A stretch of DNA of 64,000 nucleotides. Source: an uncultured virus (IMG/VR IMGVR_UViG_3300025030_000083). Taxonomy: Duplodnaviria; Heunggongvirae; Uroviricota; Caudoviricetes. The stretch covers positions 1 through 64,000 of IMG/VR virus record IMGVR_UViG_3300025030_000083, one strand, 5' to 3'. Each line of letters begins with the position of its first letter. The first letter of the stretch is position 1. Positions 43,995 through 54,662 of this stretch are shown one piece after another. The translations under genes and the position numbers were made by a program. The notes under the pieces are model-generated. The model had not been told where the DNA came from, made no database searches, and was given only the letters and a program-made list of their open reading frames with translations.

Positions 43995-44102
43995 CTATGT
44001 CAGAAAGGAGGGGTGAATATTTTACTAGCAGCAACTTTAAGTTATCCCTATTTGTTGGCTGTAGTATGCAGTAGTACAAAAACTCTATTGGAGGGCAAAG
44101 TC

Positions 44103-44831
44103 ATGCCGAATTTTGACCCGAAGCTCGTGAAGAAAATTGTTCACAGTAAGTTAATCGCATGTGCTACAGAAGTTGGGGTCAAGAATGCAGACAAGGTTTC
44201 CAAGGAACTTTTGATCCCTGCGTTTCTTGACGCAGTGGAAAAGGCCGAGGTGGATGCCCCTGGAACCTTCAATGCAAATATTATCAACCTGTACAATGAG
44301 ATTCTGACTACTTTGGGTCTGGATCAGGGAGAGGAAGCCCCCCCAGAGACAGAACTGGAGCCGCCTCCTGCTCCTGAGCCGCCCCCCCCGCCTCCTCCAA
44401 TTGCAGCCCGTCGTGTTGGACGTCCTCCTGCGGCTCCTGCCCCGGCTCCTGCTGCTCCTGCCCCTGTAGCGAGTACCCCAGCCCCGGCTCCCCCGGCACC
44501 GGCTACGACAGCACCTACCCCAGTAGCAGCTGCTCCTGCTGTGGCAAAGGCCCCGGCTTCCGCAAAGGCCCCCAAGCCCCCCAAGGAGAAGGTTGCTCGG
44601 AAGGGTCCGACTCCCAAAGCGTTCAATCGTTGGTCATCTTTGGGGGGCACTCTTACTGCGTTAAAAACGGGGACTATCGAGGAGTTGGTAGCGTCGGCTA
44701 ATCAGCATTATATTGATCAGGGCGGAAAGAATAACGCAAAGGAATCTGCTACGGTGGTGAAGTCCTCCTTGAATGTTTTAGAAAAGATGGGGGTAGTCAC
44801 TGTGGCCAACGGGTCGTTCACGGTTAATTGA
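44103..44831 (+). CDS. Pro/Ala/Lys-rich linker protein with a winged-helix-like C-terminus (paralogue of 4386..4745)
   Basis: GGAGGG RBS before ATG 44103, long PAPA linker, C-terminal T+EELV..AN..Y...NN.KE+...V.S.L..L..MG. Confidence 0.65.
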   Translation: MPNFDPKLVKKIVHSKLIACATEVGVKNADKVSKELLIPAFLDAVEKAEVDAPGTFNANIINLYNEILTTLGLDQGEEAPPETELEPPPAPEPPPPPPPIAARRVGRPPAAPAPAPAAPAPVASTPAPAPPAPATTAPTPVAAAPAVAKAPASAKAPKPPKEKVARKGPTPKAFNRWSSLGGTLTALKTGTIEELVASANQHYIDQGGKNNAKESATVVKSSLNVLEKMGVVTVANGSFTVN

Positions 44832-45145
44832 AATAAAATCATACCGCTACTTGAGGAAGCGCGATTACCAACGGGTTATCCAGAACCGATAGCGGAACTC
44901 AAGTTGGTGTTAAGGCGGGCAGCCAGATACTACCTAACTCTGGCCCGATTTTAGGAGAATAGATGGCAGCAAATGAAAAATCTGGGGTATCTGAATGGCG
45001 AGTGATATTTAAATTAATGGGGAAAGAAATATGGGTAGATGTAGCATCCCCAAACTCTATATTGGCAAAAAGTGTCGCTAAAGATACTTTAGCAGAAATA
45101 ATAAACAATTCCAAAACTATAGTATTACCAATAGCGAGGTTATAA

Positions 45146-45988
45146 TTGATTCAATTTCATAGGGAAACAGATTACGCAAATTTGAAGTTAGAAAATATCC
45201 CCCGAGAGTTTTGGCAATACTTTCCTGATTGCCACGGTAAAAAGATTTTCGTAAAGCCCAATCTAGTTTGCCCTCCTACAAAATGGGATATAGCATCTAC
45301 TACTAGAGTTGAAGTTATTTCTATAGTAATTGAATATTTAATGAATAATGGAGCTAATGATATAGTAGTGGGAGATTGCGGATTTAAAGACCAATTCGAG
45401 TACACAATTAAATTATCTGGATATGACCAACTTCCAAAACGATACGGAGTTCAGTTAATAGGACTTCAAGAAGGCCCAAGATTTCACGAATTTACCTTGC
45501 ATAGAAGAGATGGGTATCTATCATTATTTGGGGCTAAATTTTCTAACACGATGCTAGAATGCGATTTTGTTATCAACGTTCCCAAACTAAAGGTTCATAA
45601 TATTGCAATTGTAACGGGGGCTATAAAAAATACGATGGGCATGATGGCCCAAAAGGGAAGCATGCATCCTCGCGGAAGTTATGATATTCTTCATAAGAGA
45701 CTCCATGATTTATATTTTCTTATCAAAGATAGAATAGCTGCTTGCGTAATGGATGGTATAGTGGGATCAGAATATTCAGAACAATGTGGGATACCCAAAC
45801 CAGCAAATGTTTTAATTTCCTCAAAAGATATGTGGGCAATGGACGTGGCAGCTTCTTTAATCATGAATATTTATCCATCTGATGTTCCCTATTTGGAATA
45901 TATTAGGAAATCTCTGAATAAATATTTTAGTGAAGTTATCGTCCCCGTAGAATATTGTTCTCCGTTTGAACTCCCAGTGGGGTATTGA
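45146..45988 (+). CDS. DUF362 family protein
   Basis: K+FVKPNL, D.VINVPKLKVH...VTGA+KN.MG, DG+VG, D..A+D..A..+M. Confidence 0.85.
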   Translation: MIQFHRETDYANLKLENIPREFWQYFPDCHGKKIFVKPNLVCPPTKWDIASTTRVEVISIVIEYLMNNGANDIVVGDCGFKDQFEYTIKLSGYDQLPKRYGVQLIGLQEGPRFHEFTLHRRDGYLSLFGAKFSNTMLECDFVINVPKLKVHNIAIVTGAIKNTMGMMAQKGSMHPRGSYDILHKRLHDLYFLIKDRIAACVMDGIVGSEYSEQCGIPKPANVLISSKDMWAMDVAASLIMNIYPSDVPYLEYIRKSLNKYFSEVIVPVEYCSPFELPVGY

Positions 45989-46421
45989 TGAAAGAAAATA
46001 CTAGGATTAAGGAGAATCAATAAATGGATGGAGAATTTCCATTTAGTCTAGACACCTATAATATGTGGGACGAAAGTTGTAAGAATAAAAATATTACTAA
46101 AAAACAGAGAGATACATTATTTATTGAATTAGAGTATTTTTATTCTCGTGTAAAAATAGCTCACGTTATTACATATCTTAATGGTTTTGTTGGGGCTGGT
46201 ACACTAATAAAACCAACTTCTCATATAATACCCAATATCAATAAAATTTGGATTTACAATGTGGGATTTAATTTAAAGGGCGATAAAATTATTCCTATTT
46301 ATAACGCAGAAATGACAATAGATGAAGCAGAAGACCAAAAAAGATGTTTACAAAAAGTTTTGGGGAATTTTAGTCTAAAAGATAGAAAAGGTCCCTTCGA
46401 ATTAAAAGAAAAGGCCGTATC

Positions 46422-46829
46422 TTGAAAAAAGATATTAGAGAATTAAAATTTGGTTCCATCGTAGGATTTCGTTCAGATAGTCTTTGTTGTCCTCAAGCAT
46501 TCGGGGGGGATTGCTTTGCTGGTTGCAGTGCAGGTTGCAATTGGATGTGTCTATCAGGAGATACACCAATTAACTTATCAAATGGTACTTCTAAACCTAT
46601 AGAAGAGTTGAAAGTAGGGGATAAAGTATTAACTTATAATGAAAAAACATTTGAAGTAGAATCTAAATTAATTAAACATACTATGAATAGGAGTTCAGAA
46701 ATTATCAAAATAAAAATAGGAAATAAATTATTGAAAATAACTAAAAATCATAAAGTATTTACTGATCGGGGGTGGGTGGAAGCAGGGGAATTAATAAAGG
46801 GGGATAAAGTATTAATTTATGAAAAATGA
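46422..46829 (+). CDS. Radical SAM enzyme 1, N-extein plus split-intein N-half (IntN 46548-46826)
   Basis: ...GCSAGCNWM|CLSGDT (block A), IEELKVGDKV, block B ITKNHKVFT..GWVEAGEL, then stop. Confidence 0.9.
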   Translation: MKKDIRELKFGSIVGFRSDSLCCPQAFGGDCFAGCSAGCNWMCLSGDTPINLSNGTSKPIEELKVGDKVLTYNEKTFEVESKLIKHTMNRSSEIIKIKIGNKLLKITKNHKVFTDRGWVEAGELIKGDKVLIYEK

Positions 46830-47799
46830 AATCCCTACTTGCATAGATTGTGGTAAAATAGTTTGGAGGGGCACTTCTAAAAGATGTTGGGATTGTTGGA
46901 AAAAATTAGTATCTATAAAAGACCCTAGATGTAGACCTACCCCTAAAATTAAGCCTAAAATAGTATCCCATTGCGTTGTTTGTGGGGAGGAAATTTTTAA
47001 GGATCATAAACATTGTAGAAAATGTTGGGATATTTTATTAACCACCGATCAAAACCCGATGAAATTAAAAAAGAAAAAATACCCAGAAGGATCTTTAGAA
47101 TCAGTTATTTGTATTTGCGGTTCTAAAAAATGTTCGGGGAGCAAAATTTGTATGAGCTGTAGAAAAATAGAACTATCTTCAGATAAAAATCCTTGCCATA
47201 ATTCTAATAATTTCTTTAAAAGAACAAATCCTATGAAAGATCCTAAAATTTTAGCAAAATCCTTAGTTAGTCATAGAAAAACCTATGCTCAAGAAGGATA
47301 CGTTCATCCTAATACGGGGAAGAGAAACGAGTGGTCTATAGAAAGAATGACTAATAATAATCCAATGAAAGATCCTATTATAGCTGCAAAATCTTCTGGG
47401 GAACGACATTGGTCCCATACTCAACCTGAAAACTTTGCTAAACACTTAAAAAATATATTCGCTATTTTAAATACTAACGGCCATATATCAAAGGGACAAA
47501 AAGCATTATATTCCGCTTTGAATAATTTAAAAATAAAATTTTTCCCCGAACAACAATTTATTTTCAAAGGAGAACCGTATTCTTATATTTTCGTAGATGC
47601 CTACGACCCGATAAACAACATAGCTTGGGAATATGACGGGTTTTATACTCATCGAGATGGGAAAGGACCAAAATTAGATTCTATAAGAGACCGATTACTG
47701 AAATTTTGTTATGGGGTTAAAACTATCCGAATATTGCCAGAAGACCTCCCAAATTTAGAAAGTATAATCGTGGAGAAATTGCAATGCTTAAATGGGTAG
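46819..47799 (+). CDS. Free-standing homing endonuclease (Zn-finger and NPMK repeats plus Vsr/DUF559-like nuclease) between split-intein halves
   Basis: CxxC repeats, NPMKDP repeats, SKGQ..LY, VDAY....IAWEYDG.Y.H, D..RD. Confidence 0.85.
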   Translation: MKNEIPTCIDCGKIVWRGTSKRCWDCWKKLVSIKDPRCRPTPKIKPKIVSHCVVCGEEIFKDHKHCRKCWDILLTTDQNPMKLKKKKYPEGSLESVICICGSKKCSGSKICMSCRKIELSSDKNPCHNSNNFFKRTNPMKDPKILAKSLVSHRKTYAQEGYVHPNTGKRNEWSIERMTNNNPMKDPIIAAKSSGERHWSHTQPENFAKHLKNIFAILNTNGHISKGQKALYSALNNLKIKFFPEQQFIFKGEPYSYIFVDAYDPINNIAWEYDGFYTHRDGKGPKLDSIRDRLLKFCYGVKTIRILPEDLPNLESIIVEKLQCLNG

Positions 47800-48965
47800 A
47801 AATATCAAAAGTTATGCCTGAAGAAGAAACTATTCAAGTATTTAATATAGAAGTGGAAGATAACCCCAATTATTTTGCAGACGGGGTACTAGTTCATAAT
47901 TGTTTTTGTAGAGAAATGGAGGCAGGACTATATAACCATTATTATACGGGGTGGACAAGAGATTTAGTAAGGGCCTGTAATCCAGATGACTTTAAACAAT
48001 TATTTGATAAAGCCTTTGGATCAGATAAATATTACGATAATTGGAATATTCAATGTCTTCGTAGAGGACTCCCTTTTAATATGGGAAGCAAAGCAGAAAC
48101 ATTCTGTTTAGAAGATATGAGGGATAACGTAGTTGTCCCAGTTCTCAAATTATTCAAAGAATATAAAGTACCCATGATCATCGAAACGAAAAGCCATTAC
48201 GTCGGATTAAAAAAATATTTGGACCTTCTGAAAGATATAAACGTAGCTATTATCATTTCTATCATGGGGGGAAGTGACACTCTGAATTATAAATTGGAGC
48301 CGGGATTACCTCCCCCATCTATGAGATGGTCCCTAGTTAAGACGCTAAACGACATGGGTATTTGGACGGCTGTGCGTTGGGAACCAATCCTAGTGGGAAT
48401 CAATTCAAAAGAAGACATGTTGGAAGGGTACGCTGAGATGGCATCTCGTACTGGAGCTAAACATGTTAGTTTTTTCAATTATCGAACGTCAAATTACAAA
48501 ATAGCTCAAAAAGAATTCGAAAGCAGAGGATATAATTACGTCAAACTTTTGGAAAAGAATCTAGATGAAAATTGGACTCCCGTAGGAAAACAATTTAGAG
48601 AAATTTTGAAAAATAAAAACGTCCCTGCGTCCTCCCCTGATTTTGTAAATTTTCCATTTAGTAATTCTTGTGAAAGTTGTTGTGGAGTTGATGGGCTATT
48701 CGTTCCCTACGAATTTACTTTTCAACATGCTTGTAAAATAATAATGGAAAAGGGGTTAGTTTGTTGGGATGATATGGAAGCAATAACCTTTCGACAGCCT
48801 GAGGCTTATGATCGAATGAAAGAAATTTGGAATGGAAAGGGACAATATTTCTCTTTGAATGATAGCCCAGAAATTAAAGTTTTAGATAAAGATAAAAATG
48901 GTATGAATATTTATGGAAGAAAAGAAGAAGGCTCCGTTGAAGATAAGAAAGGACTTCTATTTTGA
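47784..48965 (+). CDS. Split-intein C-half (47784-47900) plus C-extein of radical SAM enzyme 1 (SplB/Rv2578c-like)
   Basis: [38 protein letters not shown]....R...+K.L...GI....R.EPI. Confidence 0.9.
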   Translation: MLKWVEISKVMPEEETIQVFNIEVEDNPNYFADGVLVHNCFCREMEAGLYNHYYTGWTRDLVRACNPDDFKQLFDKAFGSDKYYDNWNIQCLRRGLPFNMGSKAETFCLEDMRDNVVVPVLKLFKEYKVPMIIETKSHYVGLKKYLDLLKDINVAIIISIMGGSDTLNYKLEPGLPPPSMRWSLVKTLNDMGIWTAVRWEPILVGINSKEDMLEGYAEMASRTGAKHVSFFNYRTSNYKIAQKEFESRGYNYVKLLEKNLDENWTPVGKQFREILKNKNVPASSPDFVNFPFSNSCESCCGVDGLFVPYEFTFQHACKIIMEKGLVCWDDMEAITFRQPEAYDRMKEIWNGKGQYFSLNDSPEIKVLDKDKNGMNIYGRKEEGSVEDKKGLLF

Positions 48966-51229
48966 AAAGAATATTAGTAACGGGGGGAGCCGGTTTTATT
49001 GGATCTCACCTATGTAAAAAATTATTGGAATTGAGAAATGAAGTTATTTGCTTAGACAATTTTTTTTCTTCTACCAAAAAAAATATTATTCCATTAATGA
49101 CTAATCCTAATTTTGAATTATTACGTCATGATGTAACCTTTCCCCTATATATTGAAGTAGACGAGATATATAATCTAGCGGCTCCGGCATCCCCAATTTA
49201 TTACCAAAAGGACCCCGTTCAAACCACTAAGACGATAGTTCACGGGGCTATAAATATGCTAGGATTAGCCAAGAGGACTAAAGCTAAAATATTGCAAGCA
49301 TCCACATCAGAAGTATACGGGAATCCCCAAGAACATCCTCAAACGGAGGAATATTGGGGCAATGTAAATCCAATCGGAATTAGATCATGCTATGATGAAG
49401 GGAAAAGATGTGCAGAGACGTTATTTTTCGATTACTACAGACAAAATAATGTTCCCATCCGGGTGGTTAGAATATTCAATAGTCTTACGGGGGACCAAAA
49501 AGTTATTTACTATAAAAATGGTATTTTAAAGTATAAAAAATTTATAGATTGCTATGACGATATAAAAAATGAGATAGAAAATATAATAGTTCCTTGCTTT
49601 GGTAAAGATAACCGATATGTTCTTTCCCCTATTAGTGGAATCCATAAACATAAAGTGACAAAAAACGGCTACGAATTATTTTTAACTTGGGGAAAACAAA
49701 TAAAATTGACGGAGGATCATGGAGTTTTCATTTTAAATAAAAATCAGAAAATTCAAGAAAAATTTGTCAAAGATTTGGTAATTGGTGATATTATTGCTAT
49801 ACCAAATCAAATAAAATGGATAGATATTCCATTAATGCCATTTAAAATATCAAATATTCTAAAACAAGATTTTAATTTTTATGTATCTAATGATGATGAT
49901 TTAGAAAGGATTATTAACAATAAATATTTTATAAATAAATGTAAACAAAGTGGTGTTGGATTACCATCAACTATAAATAATTTCAAAAGAGTCAAAAGAA
50001 TAAAATCCAGTTTTCTCAAAAGTAATAATATTATACTAAACTCCAATGATTATATCGTTCTAGATGATTCTAAGCATATTATTAAAAATAATATTAATAT
50101 TATGGAGGAATTTTTGTGGTTTTTAGGTTTTTATGTTGCAGAAGGAAGTTTAGTAAATAATAATGGGGGGGATTATCAATTACATTTTTATTCTGATTTG
50201 AAATACCTTCAAAAATTAAATCAAATAATTTATAATTTATTTGAATTAGAAACAAAAATTTATTCCTCAGATACAAAACCTCATATTTGTATTCGTAGTA
50301 AAATCATTTTTGAATTGGTAACTAAATATTTTGAATTTGGAATTAAAAAACAACTAGAAAAAATTATTCCAGATTGGATTATACAATTACCCAAAGATCA
50401 ACTTAAATGGTTCCTTTTAGGATTTTGGGAAGGGGATGGAAACCACGATGCTAAAACTACTGGTAATAAATTAATTTTTAGTTCATCTAGCATAAATTTG
50501 ATAGACAATTTAAATTTAATTTTATTAAAATTTGGGATAATTGGGAGTACCTGTTGCTATTATACTACATGCAGTAAAGATAATCCCAAACTTTATAAAG
50601 GATACTTAATAACGGTGCAAGGATTAAGCCATTATGATATATCTAGATTAGATACCGTAGTTCAAAAATTACAAAGAAAAAAGAATAGCGATATTCAATG
50701 GGCGCATATCAAAGATATAAAAAAATTTGATTTAATAGAAGAGAATGTTTATGATTTCTCCGTGAAAAATTTTGAAAATTTTATTGGAGGAGATTTAATA
50801 TCTTGCCATAATACTTATGGCCCCAATATGAAAATAAACGATGGAAGGGTAGTATCTAATTTTATAGTTCAAGCATTAACGAGTAAACCTATAACCATTT
50901 ATGGAAATGGAAAACAAACTCGATCTTTTTGCTATATAAGTGATACTGTGAATGGTTTGATATCTATGATGGAACAGGATAAATATGTGGGCCCTATTAA
51001 TTTGGGGAATCCAGAAGAATTGAAAATAGTGGACGTAGCAAATCTCATAGTAAATTTAACCGAATCTGATTCTAAATTAGAATTCAAATCTTTGCCATTA
51101 GATGATCCTACTAGGAGAAAGCCAGATATATCTTTGGCCAAAGAAATATTAAAATGGAGGCCAAAAGTAAATTTTAAAGAAGGATTGCAATATACAATAA
51201 AATATTTTAAAGATACGTTAGGGAGATAA
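48962..51229 (+). CDS. UDP-glucuronate decarboxylase (UDP-xylose synthase-like extended SDR) containing an intein
   Basis: [46 protein letters not shown]|intein|[19 protein letters not shown]. Confidence 0.92.
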   Translation: MKRILVTGGAGFIGSHLCKKLLELRNEVICLDNFFSSTKKNIIPLMTNPNFELLRHDVTFPLYIEVDEIYNLAAPASPIYYQKDPVQTTKTIVHGAINMLGLAKRTKAKILQASTSEVYGNPQEHPQTEEYWGNVNPIGIRSCYDEGKRCAETLFFDYYRQNNVPIRVVRIFNSLTGDQKVIYYKNGILKYKKFIDCYDDIKNEIENIIVPCFGKDNRYVLSPISGIHKHKVTKNGYELFLTWGKQIKLTEDHGVFILNKNQKIQEKFVKDLVIGDIIAIPNQIKWIDIPLMPFKISNILKQDFNFYVSNDDDLERIINNKYFINKCKQSGVGLPSTINNFKRVKRIKSSFLKSNNIILNSNDYIVLDDSKHIIKNNINIMEEFLWFLGFYVAEGSLVNNNGGDYQLHFYSDLKYLQKLNQIIYNLFELETKIYSSDTKPHICIRSKIIFELVTKYFEFGIKKQLEKIIPDWIIQLPKDQLKWFLLGFWEGDGNHDAKTTGNKLIFSSSSINLIDNLNLILLKFGIIGSTCCYYTTCSKDNPKLYKGYLITVQGLSHYDISRLDTVVQKLQRKKNSDIQWAHIKDIKKFDLIEENVYDFSVKNFENFIGGDLISCHNTYGPNMKINDGRVVSNFIVQALTSKPITIYGNGKQTRSFCYISDTVNGLISMMEQDKYVGPINLGNPEELKIVDVANLIVNLTESDSKLEFKSLPLDDPTRRKPDISLAKEILKWRPKVNFKEGLQYTIKYFKDTLGR
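49481..50812 (+). mobile_element. 444-aa intein with LAGLIDADG endonuclease
   Basis: Ser1 SLTGDQ, block [15 protein letters not shown] and [14 protein letters not shown]...SCHN|T. Confidence 0.9.
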
Positions 51230-51553
51230 AATGGGAATTTCGGTGACTAGAACTATTTTAATAAATAATGATATGCTAGAGGTTGATAATCAAAGATTGT
51301 ATACAGCTAAATGGGAAGTTCTTCAATTTATCAAGAGAATTCCAAAAGGAACTTATTATACAGTAACATATACATTGGATGAAAAGGGACCACTTTTGGT
51401 GGTTAAAAAATTAATAATGATCGTAGTAAATATCAAAACGAAAGAGGATATGGGAGCTTGTTTTTTACCAAAAACTTGGGATGGAAAAAGGGCGAGGAGA
51501 TGCGTGACCGTGCCAATATATGAAGATATACAATAAATATTATAAATTTTAGG

Positions 51554-51579
51554 GTGAAACGACAAGAAATCCTGTAGTA
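51554..51579 (+). promoter_or_regulatory. Phage promoter-like motif, copy 3
   Basis: GTGAAACGACAAGAAATCCTGTAGTA, intergenic. Confidence 0.7.
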
Positions 51580-51918
51580 TATATAGGGAGGGCGATATAT
51601 AGTGCACGTTACGATGTATACTTGGGAAGACCTCATCCTTTTTCTAGCTTGGGGATTAGTGTGCTATTTATGGGGGGCTGGGGAAAGAAAATACAAACGA
51701 AGAAGTTACCAACCTAGAATGCCTACTAAAATGCCTAACGTTCCAACCCCTCCGCCACCCCCTACTCCCCTTAACAATATGTGCAAAGGGGGATGGAATT
51801 CCCCTCCTACTACTCCAAGACCAACTAATTCTCCCCCCGGACAAGGAAGGAGAGATAATTGACCAAACGAGAATATATGGATGGGTTTGAGAAATAAAAT
51901 ACGATGATAGGGCTTTAA

Positions 51919-52674
51919 ATGAAAAGAATATCTGGGGTATATATGATTCTTAATAGAATCAACGGAAAGAAATATATAGGATCTTCTAAAGACGTGTATA
52001 ACAGATGGAATCAACATTTGACGGAACTTCGTAAGGGAAAACATACTAAACATATACAAGCAGCTTATTATAAATATGGGGAAGAATCTTTTGTATTTAT
52101 GGTAATAGAAATAATTAAATATTTAGATCAATTAACTACTAGGGAACAATATTGGAAAGACTTTTATAAATCATATGATCGAATATATGGATATGATATT
52201 TGTAGATATGCTAGTTCTACTTTGGGGTATAAGCATACAGAAAAAACTAAGAAAAAAATAAGTTTAGCTCATAATGGAAAAATAAATTCAGAAGAAACGA
52301 GGGGGAAAATAAGTTTAGCTAATAAAGGAGAAAATCACCCTTTATTTGGGAAACACCATACAGAAGAAACTAGAAAAAGAATGAGTTTAATACATATAGG
52401 AAAACATCCTTCTGAAGAAACTAAAGCAAAAATAGGTTTGGCCAATAAAGGAAAACATATTCTTTCGGAGGAGTTAAAAAGAAAATTAAGTTTAGCTAAT
52501 AAAGGAAAACATCTTTCTAAAGAACATAAAGAAAAAATAAGTTTAGCTTTAAAAGGAAAACCTCTTTCTGAGGAGACTAAGAAAAAAATGAGTTTATCCG
52601 GTAAAGGAAAACCAAAATCTGAAGAAACTAAAATAAAGATGAGAATAGCAGCTAAGAAAAGAGCGAATCATTGA
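51919..52674 (+). CDS. GIY-YIG homing endonuclease with NUMOD3 repeats
   Basis: GVYMILN..NGKKYIGSS, several (H/L)SEETKxK(I/M)S...KGK repeats. Confidence 0.92.
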   Translation: MKRISGVYMILNRINGKKYIGSSKDVYNRWNQHLTELRKGKHTKHIQAAYYKYGEESFVFMVIEIIKYLDQLTTREQYWKDFYKSYDRIYGYDICRYASSTLGYKHTEKTKKKISLAHNGKINSEETRGKISLANKGENHPLFGKHHTEETRKRMSLIHIGKHPSEETKAKIGLANKGKHILSEELKRKLSLANKGKHLSKEHKEKISLALKGKPLSEETKKKMSLSGKGKPKSEETKIKMRIAAKKRANH

Positions 52675-52965
52675 CCAAATACGAATTGACTTTAAATATT
52701 GAAGTTTCTAATATGGAAGAATGGAAATTTGTAAGCGATTTGGCTATGGCCGAAGATAGTAAACATTGGTGGGCAGCGGGGACATATGATGACGAAGGAA
52801 TTATGTATAGGGATATGGAATGGTTATTCGATACTAAGTTAGAGGCGTTAGCATTTAAAAGAAAATTGAAAAAAGCATTTTTCAGATATTGGTATAAAAT
52901 AGAAATTGATATTGACGAATTTGATGAAAATGAATTGGAAGAAGAAATAGGAGATATTAAAATAA

Positions 52966-53517
52966 ATGAAATTATTTAACGGATATTGGGAGTTGCGTGA
53001 ACTGGTGAAGAACATCATCCCAAGAAGAGGAATGCTGGACTTTCTAGAAAAACATAAAGGACTAGTTAAAGAAAAGGGTAGAAAAATTGGATACAAGGAA
53101 TTTTCATTCGATAGTGAAAAATTTGAAATAAAACAAAGATTGCTCAATAAAGATGAAATTACTTCTTTCCTTGAAGTGAGCCTAAGAAAAAATCATTGCC
53201 CCATGCCCCTTAATGCAGATGTTTATGATGCACTATACTGCATAGCAAAAGGTCAATTGATTACTACTAAAACAGGATTCAAAAAAATTGAAGATATAAA
53301 GGTGGGGGATGAGATAGCCTCATATAACGAATCGACCAAAAAAGTAGAGTTTACCCAAGTTTTGTTATCATCTTCTTCAGAAAAAACTAATTTAGTAGAA
53401 ATAGAAACTGAAAAAGGACTTCTAGTTGTTACGGAAGATCACCAAATTTTTACCAAACGAGGGTGGGTAGAAGCCGGGCAACTTAATGAAGACGACTTAC
53501 TTTTGGAGATATATTAA
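52966..53517 (+). CDS. Radical SAM enzyme 2, N-extein plus split-intein N-half (IntN 53239-53514)
   Basis: ...ADVYDALY|CIAKGQ, IEDIKVGD, VTEDHQIFTKRGWVEAGQL, then stop. Confidence 0.9.
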   Translation: MKLFNGYWELRELVKNIIPRRGMLDFLEKHKGLVKEKGRKIGYKEFSFDSEKFEIKQRLLNKDEITSFLEVSLRKNHCPMPLNADVYDALYCIAKGQLITTKTGFKKIEDIKVGDEIASYNESTKKVEFTQVLLSSSSEKTNLVEIETEKGLLVVTEDHQIFTKRGWVEAGQLNEDDLLLEIY

Positions 53518-54662
53518 TGGGTAAACGAGGACCAGCCAAAGGCTGCATTCCTTGGAATAAAGGGAAAACAGGGGTGCAAGCAGCTTGGAATAAAGGTATT
53601 CCAAGGACAGAAAAAGAAAAAGAAGCTATCAGAAATGGAATATCAGAAGAATCCCGACAAATTCAATCTGAAATAAAGAAAGAACAATGGAAGCAAGGAA
53701 AATATGATAGTATGTTCGGAGATACTAATCCTGCCTGCAGAGAAGAAGTTAAGAAAAAAATAGGAGATGCTAATAGAAGAAGAATTTGTTCAGAACAGAC
53801 TAGGGAAAGGATATCAAAATCCCGGACGGGAAAACCGGGGGCAATTTGGACAAAGAAAATGAAAGAAAATGCCTCTGTTAGAATGAAAGAAAATAATCCT
53901 ATGAAAGATGAAGAGATTAAAAATAAAAGTCATGAATCTCTAATGAAAACATTAAATGATCCTAATTTTGTTCACCCAAATAAAGGTAGATTAAGGCCTG
54001 ATTTATTAGGAAAACCTAGCAAAATGTCTGAGGAAGCCAAGGATATAGCTTCTGCTAGAATGAAGGAAGATAACCCCATGAAGGTTCTGGAGATAAGAAA
54101 TAGAATGATCGAGTCTTATAAAAGAACTTGTGCTTTAGATGGTTATGTACATCCTAATAAAGGAAGAGAACGTTTGGATGCTAAGAATAGAATGTTATCT
54201 AATAACAATCCCATGAAGGATCCAGAAACTGCTAGACTAGTTTGGGCTAAAGCAAAAGAAACCATAAAGAAAAACGGGGGGATATCCGAAGGGCAAAGGA
54301 AACTTTATGAATATTTAGATTCTATGGGATTTAAATACGAACCGGAGTGCTTCTTTCAATTGGGACAATTAGATTTTTCTTATATTCTTGCCGATGCTTA
54401 TTTGCCGGATTTTAAAATAATTATAGAATACGATGGTTATAGTGACCATTATTCAGAAGAGGGGATAAAAAGAGATCGTAAAAGAGATGATTATGTAGAT
54501 AAATTATTTCAAATATCAGTCATAAGAATAGACACTAATTCTATTTTTGCTAAAGATGTGGATAAAACTATTTTAAAAGCCATTGACGAACTTAAAACAG
54601 TTTCTTCCCCTAAAACTATTTACATTGGAAAAATCAGGGAGATTTTAATAAATGCAAACTAG
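53517..54662 (+). CDS. Free-standing homing endonuclease (NPMK repeats plus Vsr/DUF559-like nuclease) between split-intein halves
   Basis: PWNKG, NNPMKD repeats, SEGQ..LY, ADAY.....IIEYDG...H, D.KRD. Similar to 46819..47799. Confidence 0.85.
   Translation: MGKRGPAKGCIPWNKGKTGVQAAWNKGIPRTEKEKEAIRNGISEESRQIQSEIKKEQWKQGKYDSMFGDTNPACREEVKKKIGDANRRRICSEQTRERISKSRTGKPGAIWTKKMKENASVRMKENNPMKDEEIKNKSHESLMKTLNDPNFVHPNKGRLRPDLLGKPSKMSEEAKDIASARMKEDNPMKVLEIRNRMIESYKRTCALDGYVHPNKGRERLDAKNRMLSNNNPMKDPETARLVWAKAKETIKKNGGISEGQRKLYEYLDSMGFKYEPECFFQLGQLDFSYILADAYLPDFKIIIEYDGYSDHYSEEGIKRDRKRDDYVDKLFQISVIRIDTNSIFAKDVDKTILKAIDELKTVSSPKTIYIGKIREILINAN

Noticed and set aside
44308..44650. Gly/Ala-rich minus-strand ORFs
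   Set aside because: Antisense to the Pro/Ala low-complexity linker.
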